Assembly: GCA_951406725.2 (NCBI GenBank)
Contig: OX597824.1
Coordinates: forward strand, 52,328,001-52,392,000
Reading direction: 5' to 3'
Source of the DNA: Octopus vulgaris
Lineage: Eukaryota
DNA: 64,000 nucleotides
Part shown: in pieces, positions 13,759-27,557 of the stretch
Layout of the letters: the number at the start of each line of letters is the position of its first letter
Numbering within the stretch: the first letter of the stretch is position 1
Made by a program: the position numbers and the translations under genes
Notes under the pieces: generated by a model
What the model was told of the DNA's origin: nothing
Seen by the model: only the letters and a program-made list of their open reading frames with translations
Database searches by the model: none

Positions 13759-14293
13759 ATATCTATCTAACTGTCTGTTTGTCTTTGTCGCTGTTTCTCT
13801 GTTTGTCTATCTGTCTTCTTATCTATCTGTTTACCTAACCATCCGTAGTCTGACCATTACCAGCAGCCAACTAAACTTTATTTTCTCTCTTTTTATTTAA
13901 CAAACCTGTTCTTCTTTAGCCGAACTAGCAGACTGTTTATGTTCATATATGAACTTCCATATATTTGATCAGTTTCACTTTTCTGTAAGTGTCATAAACT
14001 ATATTCATTGGAAAGCGTAGCTGAAGTTAGCATGCTTCCAGTATGTAAGGGAGACAACTGTATTTTACCTATCAGTGTGCAGTTGAATAGGGTTGAAGTT
14101 TCAACAAAACAAGTTGACCACACAGTTTCGCTTTTTAGTTGGATTCACTCGTCTCGTTGGCTATAATACCATAACCCACAGATTTTATTTACTTTTTCCT
14201 ATTATGTTTCATATCATATGTCATATGGTAAATTGTTATTAATCTGTAGCTGATATTTTGGCATCATGTTTAAAATTACAAAATTATATATAA

Positions 14294-14385
<92 letters not shown>

Positions 14386-14580
14386 CATACGCATACACAC
14401 ACATGCATACATGTATTCTTTTATTTTTTAACTTGTCACTGCGGCCGTGCTAGAGCACCGCCTTAAGCCTAGTACTTATTCTATCAACGGTTGTCAAGCG
14501 GAGATGAGGGAACAAGCACAGACACAAAGACACACACACACAAACACACACGCACACACAAATATGCATGTGTGTGTATA

Positions 14581-14616
<36 letters not shown>

Positions 14617-14630
14617 TGCGCGCGTGTGTA

Positions 14631-15515
14631 TTGGGTCATCCCATAAATGTTACCTTTTTTTCAATTGCATGAACTAAAAGTCAGAGGGTTAAGGGATAAC
14701 CTACCTGCACCAAGTTACTAAAAAAGCAAGTAGTAATTTTACCTTGTACTTATTCTTAGTGCAAGTTTTGAAGATTGATGTTCGATTTTAACAGTTATTT
14801 TTTCAAAGCTATAATGGAAGTGACAAAGGAGTATATTCGGCATATTTTGCTTTATAATTTTAATAAAGTCAACAGCGCAACGGAAAGTGCGAGGAATATT
14901 AATGCAGAATATGGGTATCGGGCTATAAGCGTAAGCAAGTGTCAACGGTAATTCCAGAAATTCCGAACCGGAAACTACAACCGAGAAGACGAGCCTTGTT
15001 CTGGAAGATCTGTAGAGCTCCACGAGGACGTCCTGTAAATCATGGTGGAACAAAATCCCATTGTAACTGTTGAGGAATTAGCAGAGAAGCTCGGATTTGG
15101 TCATTCAACTGGTCATTCAAGTTAGCGCTAGAAGAAAAACGACCATCTTTGGTTGTATGACGAAAGGTGTTCTTCCATCAGGACAATACTCGGCCACATA
15201 CAGCGGAGATGGCATTCCAAAGGCTGGAATAGTTTGAATGGGAAACGAAGCACCACCCACATATTCGCCGGACATTGGCCCATCTGGTTATCATTTGTTC
15301 CGCAGTCTTCAAAATTATTTGAACGAAAAAATACGTACTGGAGGAGCATTTTTCGACACGGGCAAGTGAATTTTGGAAGAGGGGTCTTGGAAGTCTAGCA
15401 GATAGATGTAGAAAATGCAGGAGAGGATATTTTAGATTAAAGAAAAACTTTGTTTACCTGTTTTAAAAGATAAAAATAGTCTTTAAAAAAACACATTATT
15501 TATGGGATGACCCAA
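14631..15515 (+). mobile_element. Mariner transposon, internally deleted
   Basis: TIRs TTGGGTCATCCCATAAAT / ATTTATGGGATGACCCAA, preceded by TA. HTH region MEVTKEYIRHILLY..EDEPCSGR..VTVEELAEKLG is joined to FHQDNTRPH and a YHLFRSLQ-like C-terminus. Confidence 0.9.
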
Positions 15516-15520
15516 TGCAA

Positions 15521-15564
<44 letters not shown>

Positions 15565-15984
15565 ACACGCTGGAGCGCTCGTGTTTCAGAGGTTTCAGAA
15601 AGCCAGCCAATCTCAGTTCCGAGAGCCTAAGAAAATACAAAATATATTCATTGCCAATAATGCTTATCGAGTAAACCGGCTTGGTTCGTTATGTAACAGG
15701 GCTCTCGTAATTTATAGAGACTGGTTTTCTGATACACGTCGTTATAGAAAGCATTGATACCGACTAGGTTTGCTGCGTGTATGTATGTGTGTATATGTGC
15801 AGATTTGTATATTTGCATGTATTGAATGAATGTACGTATGTATGGGGAGATAATTGTTGGTAGAATTATGGACTCTTTATGCAGCATACAACGCAAAGTG
15901 ATCTTTCAAATAACACATTGGACTTTCTCTGTTTCCCTTCTCTCTCAACCTTGTCTCTCTCTCACTCTCTCTGTACTTGCGTGT

Positions 15985-16022
<38 letters not shown>

Positions 16023-16470
16023 GTGTATGTGTGTATGTATGTGTGTACGTGTGTGCGCGCGCGCGTATACATCGACGATGTGGATTCAGTAGTTTGAACA
16101 AACGAATTACGTTATCGTAAAATTAGAATATTGATATGTAAGTGGATGTCCCGTCAAAGAAATAATATAGGTATACCCTTAATGTAATTCACAGCTCCTG
16201 TCAGCGGGATGAGATTGGACCCATGAATCAGAGGTACAATCCAGAAAGAGAGTAGAGGAGAGAGAGGGAGAGGGAGAGAGAGAGAGGTTAACATTGAACT
16301 TACAAAGTTGAGGTCAATGGAATTTGAATTCTGGACAGTGACGTCTGGAATGATGATTCTGAACCATACTACCCTAATCGCTAACTCTTTCATTAAAGCA
16401 TGGTAGATCAAGTCTTTCTTTTCAGTAAAGGAGAATGCATTTTGTGGTGGTGAGAAAGATGACTTTATAC

Positions 16471-16546
<76 letters not shown>

Positions 16547-16550
<4 letters not shown>

Positions 16551-17859
16551 CAGATATAGCCAGCGTTTGCCGGGTTAAAGAGAATAATGAAATTTATTAT
16601 AGAGTATAAACAATGAAAGACCAATTTTGATGATTCATTTGACAGGTAGTAGAAAGCCAATCTGATGATGAAGCTAAACTTGGATCTTAAAAGTTTGCAT
16701 GAATCTTGTGGCTCCAAATGATGTAATCTGTAGTACTGTATTGCATTGTCTAATTTTGTTTTGGAAGTGTTTGGAATCTTGGTCAATTGATGACAACAGT
16801 TTCTTCAATGGCTCTGGAGTTTGGGGGATTGCAGCGAGTTTAAACTTTCCACCACTGCAGCACAGTGAAGTTGTCTCTCCAGGCTACCTCTTTGCTTTAC
16901 AGTGTATGCACTGAGTTGTCATTGCACCAATGGAAACTCTAGTGTCATCTGCATAATGAACTACTGGGTCATAATTGAAAGTTGCGTCATGGAAGTTGCT
17001 TCTCTAAGCTACTGCAACTGCTCTTCGTTCTGTAGTGGAGATTATATTCCTATTCAGCAATGCATACCTCTGTTCATCACTTTGCTCTGGCTTTTGTAGT
17101 GCACAGTCTGTTCGTTTCTTGGTATGCTTCCATTTCTGCAGCTGTCTCTCTTACACTGGACAGGGACATTCATTTGGCTGACCTGGACATTGTAGACAAA
17201 TCTGACACTTTCCTTCTAGGCATGGCTATATACGTATACAGAAGGTAGTAAACAATGAAATAACTGGGTAGCGGAAATTATATTACTTAATACGACGGAC
17301 AGAAAGTAAATAAGAAATTTTTACGGAAAATAAAGAATTGTACATGCTGAAGCGAAATTTGTCACTTAGTGAACCAAAAAGCCAGTATAGAACGAACCAT
17401 AAAAAACCTGTTAACAACAGGAAAACAAAAATCCCGTTGCAGAAGTAAATGAGAGACTTTTCGGAAAATTAACGAAGTGTAAAGAAATTTTTGAAGTTAC
17501 TTCTGTCAGTTATTTATGAACTTACTTTTATCAGTAATTCCGTCAACAACAAAAAAACACAAAATGTTGCCTAAGTAAATAAGAAATTTGCAGGAAAATT
17601 TAACGAAGTGTATTGACTGAAATTAAATTTATGAAGTTATTTCTGTCAGTAAATTTTGTATGAGATTACTTTCATCAGTAATTGTGAACTGCTTTCTGTC
17701 AATAATTTGTCGTTGTTGTTTGTAAATAGCGATTGAAAACTTACAGTGAAAACAATAGCGTCTGAAAAATGAAGGTGAAAACAACAGACTAAGTGAAATA
17801 TTGAGAGAGGAGGAGGAGAGGAAGAAAGAGCTAGCTAGTTAGACAAATAAGATAGCTAA

Positions 17860-17932
<73 letters not shown>

Positions 17933-18345
17933 TAGCGAGAAAGAGAGAGAGAGAGTGAGAGAGAGAGAGGGGGGGTAGATAAATATAAAGATAGAGATGG
18001 ACAGAGAGATATAGAGAGATAGAGATACGCGTGAAAAGCGAATACACACATCCCTATTATATATTAGATGAGATTGTGATAATTTTTTGACCAATGGATG
18101 TAAGGGAAACAATCAATTTCTGAAAATTACTTTGCAAAGAGTTACCTCCCTTATCCACGTAACCCAGGAACGGAATTTTTCTGCCTCTAGAAGAACCGTT
18201 ACTCATTATGTGAATAATTTTAAAAGTTTAAAACTATCTCTGGAACATAGGTAATGTATGTTCCCAGTTTGGAGAAAATCAGTTGAAAAATATAGCCGTT
18301 ATGAACTTTTACACACACATAGACCGGACGGGATTTATATTATAT
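16547..18345 (-). mobile_element. Helitron deletion derivative
   Basis: Minus-strand 3' end CCCGGCAAACGCTGGCTATATCTGCTA(T) (hairpin plus degraded CTAG). The 5' end TATAAATCCCGTCCGGTCTATGTGTGTG merges with (TA)n. Carries the RepHel N-terminus and internal AT-rich repeats at about 17290-17720. Confidence 0.8.
16620..17223 (-). pseudogene. Helitron RepHel N-terminal fragment (zinc-finger-like region)
   Basis: Hand translation from ATG 17223: MPRRKVSDLS...FNYDPVVHYADDTRVSIGAMTTQCIHCKAKR*PGETTSLCCSGGKV..PEPLKKLL..SKHFQNKIRQCNTVLQITSFGA..TFKIQ. This is typical of RepHel N-termini. Confidence 0.85.
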
Positions 18346-18354
18346 TATATTATA

Positions 18355-18425
<71 letters not shown>

Positions 18426-18428
<3 letters not shown>

Positions 18429-21400
18429 GGGCGTGCACTCTCAGCAATGCAAGGTATGCGCTGCATGCCTTCTTTGTTTTAAAGAAAATACGTCCAGTTG
18501 TTTTAGAAATATTGTCTCCACTTCGTACATCTGCTTTGATAAATGCTTTTAGAAGATCGCATGATACACACTCCCTCTCTGTCTGTATTAGTTTGTCCTT
18601 CCTTCCCCTCTCTCTCTATCTTAGTGACTCGATAAATTTATCGCTTGTCATGCGTTGGGAAGACAGCATGAGTCCCTTCTCTCTGTCTTTGATAGTTTGT
18701 CCCTTCTTCCTCTTTCTTTGTTTAAAAGATATACTACGAGGAATGGTCACCCCCTTCTCTCTCAGCGATTCGACAAATTCAGTTTGGCGTGTCATGCTGT
18801 GCTAAAATCGCATTTCACGCCTCTCTGGCTATTTTGACCGGAACAAGAGCCGTCCCATAATTCTTGTTTTAGCCAGCTGAAATGTTGGAATAGCCTTCGC
18901 ATGTAAGTTTGAAATTTTTTATCCAAAACATCCGTTTGCACTATCATATTTTTAGAAAGTTTTGAAAGCAAAAATATCTACATTATATTTCTTATTTCAG
19001 AAATAGCTAATTAATCTTAAATTAATTTAACAAAGGGTATTTTTCCGTTTTGTTGAAATTGACTTAAAATTTACGCCGGCGCTTCCACGTGGGTCCTTAA
19101 ATAAGAGCAGCCTTTTTCAAAATGAGTGAAATGTGTGCTATAAACGATATTTTGAGAACTAGTTTTTCTAAAAGGGACTTCGATGGGAAAAAATTAATTA
19201 TAAATCGCGGGAGACCAACACCGAATTTACCTAATTTGCGAAGCTACAACTAGAAATTCACGAGACAATTTCAGGTTAATTCGTATGAAAAGAAGAAATG
19301 GTTAACTGGAAGTGTTGCTCTTAATAAATTATTCTGTTGGCCGTGTTTACTTTTTGGCTTAGAAAAAAATGTTTGGAATGATAAAGGCTATGATGATTTA
19401 AATAATTTACATATGGCTATGCTAAAGCACGAGCGTTCTCAAAGGCATATAAAATGTTTGATAGACCATAAAATATTCGGGAATGTTCGCATAGACTTAC
19501 AATTAGATGCACGTAAAAATCAAAGCATACAACAGCATAATGAGAAAGTTCGACGAAACAGATCCATTCTGCAACGATTGATCGATGTTGTTATTTTTTT
19601 AGGCCTCCAGGAATTATCGTTTCGGGGTCATTTTGAATCTGAAGGCTCTAATAATCGGGGAAATTATAAAGAACTCGTTTATTTGATCAGTAAGTATGAC
19701 AAACAAATGGAAAGTCATTTAGATACAGCTTCTATCTTCACTGGTCTGTCGAACAGAATTCAAAATGACTTGATCGAAGCAATTCATAAAGTTATGTTGA
19801 ATGAGATGCAGAAGGAAATTGACCAAGCTAAGTTTGTTTCTATTCTTGTTGATGAGACATCTGATGTCTCAGCATCTTCACAACTGTCAACAGTTTTACG
19901 TTATGTTACAGAAGACTGTGTGACGAAAGAACGATTTATCGGTTTTAGTGATGTTAGTGCAGATCGATCTGCAAATGCTTTATCTGAACATGTTTTTAAA
20001 TGCATTGAGACGTGGGAATGTGGAAACAAATTGATTGCGCAGACATATGATGGTGCCGCTACAATGGCAGGACAACTAAATGGGTTACAGGCAAAAGTAA
20101 GAAAGAAATATGAATGTGCGATCTTTATTCATTGTTGTGCCCATATCCTAAATTTAGTTCTTTCACAATCATGCTCTGCTATGAAAGAATGCAAGATATT
20201 TTTTTCTACAATAAACGGACTCGGTACATTTTTTACGAAATCACCGAAAAGGACTAATGCATTAGATAATATTGTTAAAAAAAGATTTCCGAAAGCAACA
20301 GCAACTAGATGGAATTACTCCTCACGTCTTATTATTACCACAAAGGAAAATTATAATTTCATAATCAGCCTTTTTGAACACATCATTGAAAATCCTGAAG
20401 CATGGGATGATATCACCATAAATTCAGCAATTGGATTCTTACACACTTTAAAAGCTCCTGATTTCTTATTTTTGTTAGAGGTATTCAGTGACATTTTTTT
20501 CTTTTACTGACGTCTTATTTAACATACTCCAGAGTAAAAGTCATGACATAGTGTATTGTAAACAGCAAATAGATAAAACTAGAACTGTACTTGAAAACAA
20601 ACTTGATAATTTTTCAGTCTTTTATGATAGGTTAGGGGAAAAATATGGAGTCGATGCAGGAATCGGAATTCAGAGATCCAAGAATATATCTATTGATCCC
20701 CAACGACATTATAGAACGCTTTATAACAAAATTATAAGTACAATAGTTGACCAAATAAAAGCACGATATTCATCCTTAGAAGAGTTTAAATTCATGGAAC
20801 TTTTGAATTTCAACAAAGTTGATGAGTATTGCAAACAATTTCCTGTGGACTCTTTAGATTCTTTAAGAACAACTTATGGCAGATTTTTTGATGTAATACG
20901 ATTACAAAGTGAGCTCAATGTGATGTATTCAATGAAAGATTTTAAAAAACCAAGTGTAAGTCATTTAATGAGTTACATTAACAGCACTGAACTTGTTGAA
21001 GCTATGCCAGAACTCTTCAATCTGTGCAAGTTGATTTTGACAATTCCGTCTACCACTGCTTCTGTAGAGCGATCCTTTTCTGCATTAAGTAGAATTAAAC
21101 ATACCAAAGAAATGCGACAGGAGAAAGAAGACTGTCTGGGTTAGCACTAATGTCAATTGAAAAAGATTTATTACAAGAATTGATGAAAAGAGAAGATTTC
21201 TATGAAAATGTGATAGATATATTTGCCCAGAAAGATCGAAGAATTGTAGTCTATTTACGGCCGTAAATAAGTGTTTTGTTTCACTTTCAATAAGTGTCTT
21301 GTTTCAATCTCAGAGATGTTGACTTCTGCCACAACAGTTTTGGGAGGCTTTTTACAATGTTGAATTTTCGCTGTCTTTCATTGTGTGCGTATTCATGTAT

Positions 21401-22012
21401 ATGCGTGTATTTTCAATGTTTGTGCGTGAGACGTAGTCCTTTAATGTACGGAGTTCAGTAAGTCTCAGAACAGTCAATAATTTTCCCGGAATTGACAAGT
21501 AGCATGATAAAGAACCTGACTTGTCTTCGAGAGCGTAACGATCTAAAACCATGGCCATATAATGTAACTAAATGTGTTCTTTTAATTAAATCATTTCATT
21601 CAGCTCAACCGATAGGTATAGGGGCTAATGCAGAATCGCACCCCTTTGAAAAACGAATTTATGTGAAAATTTTTTTTCGGATTCCTACCTTTAACAGAGA
21701 TTCTGAATATGCAAAAATATTGACAGAATCCAATTTCATCTTTATTACATTTCACTTATGATTTTTAGACTTTTCTAAGGGAGAATGAGGATGGGAAAGT
21801 ACTGACGTTTCGAAGAGCAAAGAATAATACAAACAATACACTTATTTCAGGATCATCTCTGCACAGCCATTTTTTATTCCCTGTTTATTCTGCATATTCA
21901 GAATCTCTTATATGTAAATCGTAGGAATACGAAAATGTTTTACTGAAAAATTGCAGGGGGGGGGAATGAAATTAATTGCATGCCCAACGCCGGAAGTCAC
22001 CGCACGCCACTG
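18426..22012 (+). mobile_element. hAT-superfamily DNA transposon (ZMYM1/DUF4371-type), full length
   Basis: TIRs CAGGGGCGTGC / GCACGCCACTG (1 mismatch). Flanks ATATATAT on both sides fit an 8-bp TSD within (TA)n. Confidence 0.92.
19122..21266 (+). pseudogene. hAT transposase with one nonsense codon (19251) and two frameshifts (about 20500 and 21098)
   Basis: TTF-like zinc region WLTGS..LFCWPCLLF..KHERSQRH, then FRGH, NRGNYKEL, DETSDVS, YDGAATM, HCCAHILNL, TRW and the dimerisation motif TIPSTTASVERSFSAL. Confidence 0.93.
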
Positions 22013-22044
<32 letters not shown>

Positions 22045-22074
22045 TGTTAAAAGTCAGGGTACAATGTATGTATA

Positions 22075-22451
22075 TTTTTTATTCTTTTATATCTTTCAGC
22101 CATTTGACTGCAGATATGTTCGAGTACTGTCTTTAGTCGAGCAAATCGATCCCACGACTTAGTCATTGTAAGCTTAGTACTTATTCTATCGGTTTTCCTT
22201 CCGAACATGGACGTAAACACACCATCATCGGTTGTCAAGCGATGTTGAGGAACAAACACAGACACACAAACACACACACGTACACATATACGACGGGCTT
22301 CTTTCAGTTTCCGTCTACCAAACACACACACAATGGTTTGATTGGCCCAAGGCTATAGTAGAAGACATTTGGCCAAGGTGCCATGCGGTGGGACTGAACC
22401 CAGAGCTATGTGGTTGGTAAGCAAGCCACTTACCATACAGCCACTCCTGCG

Positions 22452-22452
<1 letters not shown>
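22075..22452 (-). mobile_element. SINE family A, near full length
   Basis: Head GGCGCAGGAGTGGCTGTATGGTAAG (A box)...GGGTTCAGTCCC (B box)...CCTTGGCCAAATGTC, plus the family-A tail. Confidence 0.88.
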
Positions 22453-22513
<61 letters not shown>

Positions 22514-22689
22514 TACATACATATATATGAATATGTATATACATATATATGTAAGTATATATACGCATGTATGTTTTATATATATATATATATATATACA
22601 TACATATATACATACATATATATACACACACACACACACATACACATATATATGGTAAGCAAGCCACTTACCATACAGCCACTCCTGCG

Positions 22690-22741
<52 letters not shown>

Positions 22742-22828
22742 CATACATATATATGAATATGTATATACATATATATGTAAGTATATATACGCATGTATGT
22801 TTTATATATATATATATATATATATACA

Positions 22829-22890
<62 letters not shown>
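22415..22890. repeat. Local tandem duplication, unit about 238 bp
   Basis: TGGTAAGCAAGCCACTTACCATACAGCCACTCCTGCGCC plus a compound microsatellite occurs at 22415 and 22653. Confidence 0.9.
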
Positions 22891-22895
<5 letters not shown>

Positions 22896-23866
22896 TCTTG
22901 AGTGTCAAGTGCGATTCTAGTATATATATATATATTATTTTTTCACTCATTACACTGCGTCCATGCTGGGGTACCGTTTTGGTAAATTTTTAGTCGGACG
23001 AAGAGGCCTCGTACTTATTGTCTATTAAGCCTTATACTTATTTTATCGGAATACTTATTTTATCGGAAGTGTTAAGTACACACACATATATATGTATGTA
23101 TATATATAAGTACATGCATAAATACATGCATACACACACGCACACACACACACACACACACGCACACACACACACACACACATATATATATCTATATATA
23201 TAAAGTCATATATACCGAGAGAAATATAGTATACAATTTAGTTAGTAATTGGAAATCCTTGTATAATGATAATTGTTTTGCAACTTAGTAAGACATGCAT
23301 ATATAATTTGTTTTATTATTTTTTATAATTACTTACATGTCTGAATTAATATAAGCAATGCTTGAATTAATTCAGATATTAAGCTAGCTCTTCGGGTTGA
23401 AAAATATATAATTATCTACAAAGCAGTTTGATTCGTGCACCAATCGACTTCAAGTTTCACAAGCTCGTCACATGAACCTTGCTTGTCGGACTCAGACGAG
23501 CAAGAGTCCTGCTATGACGAGGCTACAAAACTCAAGGTTGCATGGGGCCGATACAAGCTTGTTCAAATAATATATGTAACTCCTAAAAGCGGCGAGGTGA
23601 CAAAATAATTACCACACCAGAAAACATGCTTAGAAGCATTTCTTCCGACATTACGTTCCGAGCTCAAATGCCCTTGGGGTCGATGTAGTCGGCTTGCACC
23701 TTTCTTCATAATTTCTGACTTTGTGGCAAAATTTATAACCAATATATGTATGATTGAGGTGACTTTTGTTGATTGCTTAAGCAACTCTTAAAGGATAAAA
23801 AAAGCAATAGATCACGGTGGGATTTGAACACAGCACCACCCAGCCCAACACTGCGTATTAACTAAA

Positions 23867-23999
23867 GAAAACAGTCTAGTATTGGAGCACATAAGCCCTA
23901 GACGGAAATAGTGAATTTTCCGTAGATTCGAGTCCCATGCGTATGGAAAACCCACTTTTTCCGTCGAGGACTTATTTACCCCAATACTAGACTATTTTC
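23867..23999. repeat. Foldback element with 58-bp arms and a B-box-like loop
   Basis: Arms 23867-23924 and 23942-23999 are inverted (about 48/58 by eye). Loop GATTCGAGTCCCATGCG. Confidence 0.85.
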
Positions 24000-24139
24000 A
24001 TTAGTCAATGAACAATGATCGCTTTTAAGTTTTAAGCTTATATAAACATATGATAATTATTTACAGAATTGTCACTCGACATCGTTTCTAAATTTATTGC
24101 ATACACACACACGCTCGAATTGAGAATCACACATACATA

Positions 24140-24359
24140 TCTTTTTGTCTTTCACTTGTTTCAGTCATTTGATTGTGGCCTTGCTGGGGCATCACCTTCA
24201 AGGATTTTAGACGAACAAATCGACGCCAGGACCGACTTTTTTAAAGCCTAATACTTATTCTATCGTTCTCTTAAACCGAACCGTTAATTTACTGGAGCGC
24301 AAACACAGCAACACAGTTGTCAAGCGGTGGTGGGTGGGAGACAAACACAGACACAAAGA

Positions 24360-24390
<31 letters not shown>

Positions 24391-24600
24391 GCGCGCACAC
24401 ATACACGCGCACACATACACACACACACACATACACACACATACACACACACACATACACACTCGTACATATAAATATGTCACGGACTTCTTTCAGTTTC
24501 CGTTTATTGAATTCACACACTTGCCCAAGGTGCCACGCATTGAGACTGAACCCGGAACTATGTGGTTGAGAAGCAAACTTCTTACCACACAGTTACGTCT
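24140..24600 (-). mobile_element. SINE family A
   Basis: Family-A tail, internal (TC)n(CA)n and head blocks. Confidence 0.82.
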
Positions 24601-24999
24601 ATACATGCATACATACATACATACATACATACATACATACATACATACATACATACATACATACGTTGTTTTATCGTTTTCGTTGTTGGTTTAAATCGAT
24701 AGCAACATATGTGATCCGAGCTGTGGCCACCTGTTTTGAGGTTTCCCAGTAATCCTCCAATAAGAAATTATGTTTAGACTAATCAGTGTTTGGAAGTCAG
24801 TTCGGTGAAATGGAAGTAGAAAGAAACGAAATCAAAATAATTCTTATAAAAAAGAAAGAAATTTAATTTGACAGATAAATAAACTTGTGGCACAAACGCA
24901 AGTTTAGATAATTAAAAAGCCGACTATAAGTATATATGGAGCCACAGATATACGTAAACAGTCTGGTAGTTTAGTTAAAAAGAAAAGGTGTGTTAAATA

Positions 25000-25065
<66 letters not shown>

Positions 25066-25134
25066 GGAGAGAGAGATCTATGTTTGGTTAGTTGGTCAGA
25101 CCATAAGACCATCAGATAGACAAACTGACAAGCG

Positions 25135-25293
<159 letters not shown>

Positions 25294-25697
25294 GGTGGGT
25301 GGCAATGACTAATAGAATGAAGAGGAAAGAACTGACAACACTTAAACAAACGAAGAGGTGAACTGGCTTACAGACAAACTGGCAGTCAGGCATGCAGACA
25401 GATTTGATCATAGAACCGACTTTTCTTCAGATGTCTGAAATTAAATAATTGGTTAGATAGATTGTGTTAATTGTTTATCTAAGGTAAAAGGCGGAAATGT
25501 CCAAAATATATTTAGGCTTAAGTAAACTACGGAACAAGGATAATAAGAGAAAGTTAATGCGGCTAATATTATATTTTTATCTGATATACCATTTTAAGAG
25601 AGGAATTTGATACAACCTGAATGCAATGTTCTATTGGAAATATCATCAAGCAGTTATAGGAATATGCATTGTAATTTACACAGCTATTAAGAAATTG

Positions 25698-25783
<86 letters not shown>

Positions 25784-25834
25784 GTATGTATATATGTATG
25801 TACACATGCACATACACACACACTCACACACACA

Positions 25835-25901
<67 letters not shown>

Positions 25902-25967
25902 ACACACATAGGTATGTTGGTGCAAACAGGAAAAATAGAACTCAAAATATGAGTTATATGTATTTTT

Positions 25968-26119
25968 TATTAATATTTAGCAGAAGCAACAGAGTGATTC
26001 AAGATTAGCGAGTTTCTTGCGCAAGCACTTATCAAAATCTAGTTGATAAGTTTAATAAGTACCAACGCACAAAACTCTTGGACATCGAATCACTCTGTTA
26101 CTCCTGTTAAATATTAATA
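25968..26119. repeat. Imperfect palindrome with arms of about 68 bp
   Basis: TATTAATATTTAGCAGAAGCAACAGAGTGATTC... pairs with ...GAATCACTCTGTTACTCCTGTTAAATATTAATA. Confidence 0.85.
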
Positions 26120-27059
26120 TATATATATATATATATCACTTCCCTGATTTATGCTGTGGTGCAAGTGCACAGATAGTTTTCAATTAATACGACCTCACAA
26201 AAACACAGATAACCAAACTTGGCTACCCATAACGTTGGTAAGCTCGTAATAACTTCTTTATATGTGCAGCAGCTGACCTGTGCTCTTGACTGGGTAAGGA
26301 AGCTGTATAGGTCTTCTCCGAAAAGCAGTCAATTATACGGGATCCTCTTCGTCAGGAGACACCATTCCACTTCCATTAGCACATTGACAATATAGGAAAG
26401 GTATATGCGAGTGTTTGTGCGTGTGTGTGTGTGAATGCATGTATGTATTATGTGTCTCGGATCCCAATCTTAATTACAGACACAAAAATTCTAATCGACC
26501 AAAAGCTATAATAGGTTATCTTGTAAAGAATATTTCCTTTAAAATATCCAATCTGTTCTCAAATACAGGAAAACTTAATATCTGCAAATATTAAAATTAG
26601 GCTCTATTAAAAGGTGGATTTGCGGATAAAATCAAATTCCTTACATCCACTGATGGAAATAACTCTAAATTTAGTGTTCATTCTTTAAGTAAACATACGA
26701 AACATTAATATACCACAAAAACATTTCACTCAACCTTCTAATCAAGTAAATATCGCAAATAAACGGATAGTTGATAATATTAATATAATTGCATGTAATA
26801 TAATTAACCATAATGCTAATATAAGTAGCAAAAGCTCTACAAATAAAAGTGATAAAAACCCTGATATCAGCATAAGGATTTGTTCGACTAATTCCTTCAA
26901 AACGTGCTCCAGCATGGCCGCAGTCAAATAAGTGGAACAAGATAAAAGATAAACAAAACATATCTCTAGAGATATAACGGAAAATGTAATAAAATTAAAG
27001 AATGGAATTAATGAAAGCAAAACTCTTGTGAGAGAATATGTTAAACATGGAGTTAAGAA

Positions 27060-27108
<49 letters not shown>

Positions 27109-27117
27109 ATGATTATT

Positions 27118-27312
27118 AGTTTCAAACTTTAGCACAAGGCCAGCAATTTCGGGGGAAGGTAAAGTCGGTTACATCGACCTTACTGCCCAATTAGTACTTG
27201 TTTTAGTGACCCAAAAGGAATCTCGGCGAAATTTGAACTCAAAATGTAAAGGCTGACGAAATACTGGTAAGCATTTTGCCCGGCGTACTGATGATTCTGC
27301 CAGTTCACCGCC
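27118..27312 (-). mobile_element. SINE family B (MetaSINE-like)
   Basis: GCACAAGGCCAGCAATTT...AATTTGAACTC...GATTCTGCCAGTTCACCGCC. Confidence 0.8.
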
Positions 27313-27499
27313 TTTTGCTCTTTTACGCTTTTGCTAGTTTCAGCCATGCGGCTGTGGTCATGCGTAATACTAATATTAAAAATTCTAACTTACAAGGTGC
27401 TATGTATCACCGGTAATTCGTGGTTCAAAGAAACTAATTTCCAGTCATAGTTCACAACAGTAAAGCGTCTTATAATGTCATTTGTTATTCAAAATAGCT

Positions 27500-27557
<58 letters not shown>

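Noticed and set aside
22342-22993. Many ORFs rich in YI, HT, CV, LSIY or MYVC repeats, here and throughout the window
   Set aside because: They are translations of stop-free microsatellites, not genes.
26310-26362. Hammerhead core CTGACGA on the minus strand (also CTGATGA at about 45499)
   Set aside because: No properly placed GAAA or stem III.
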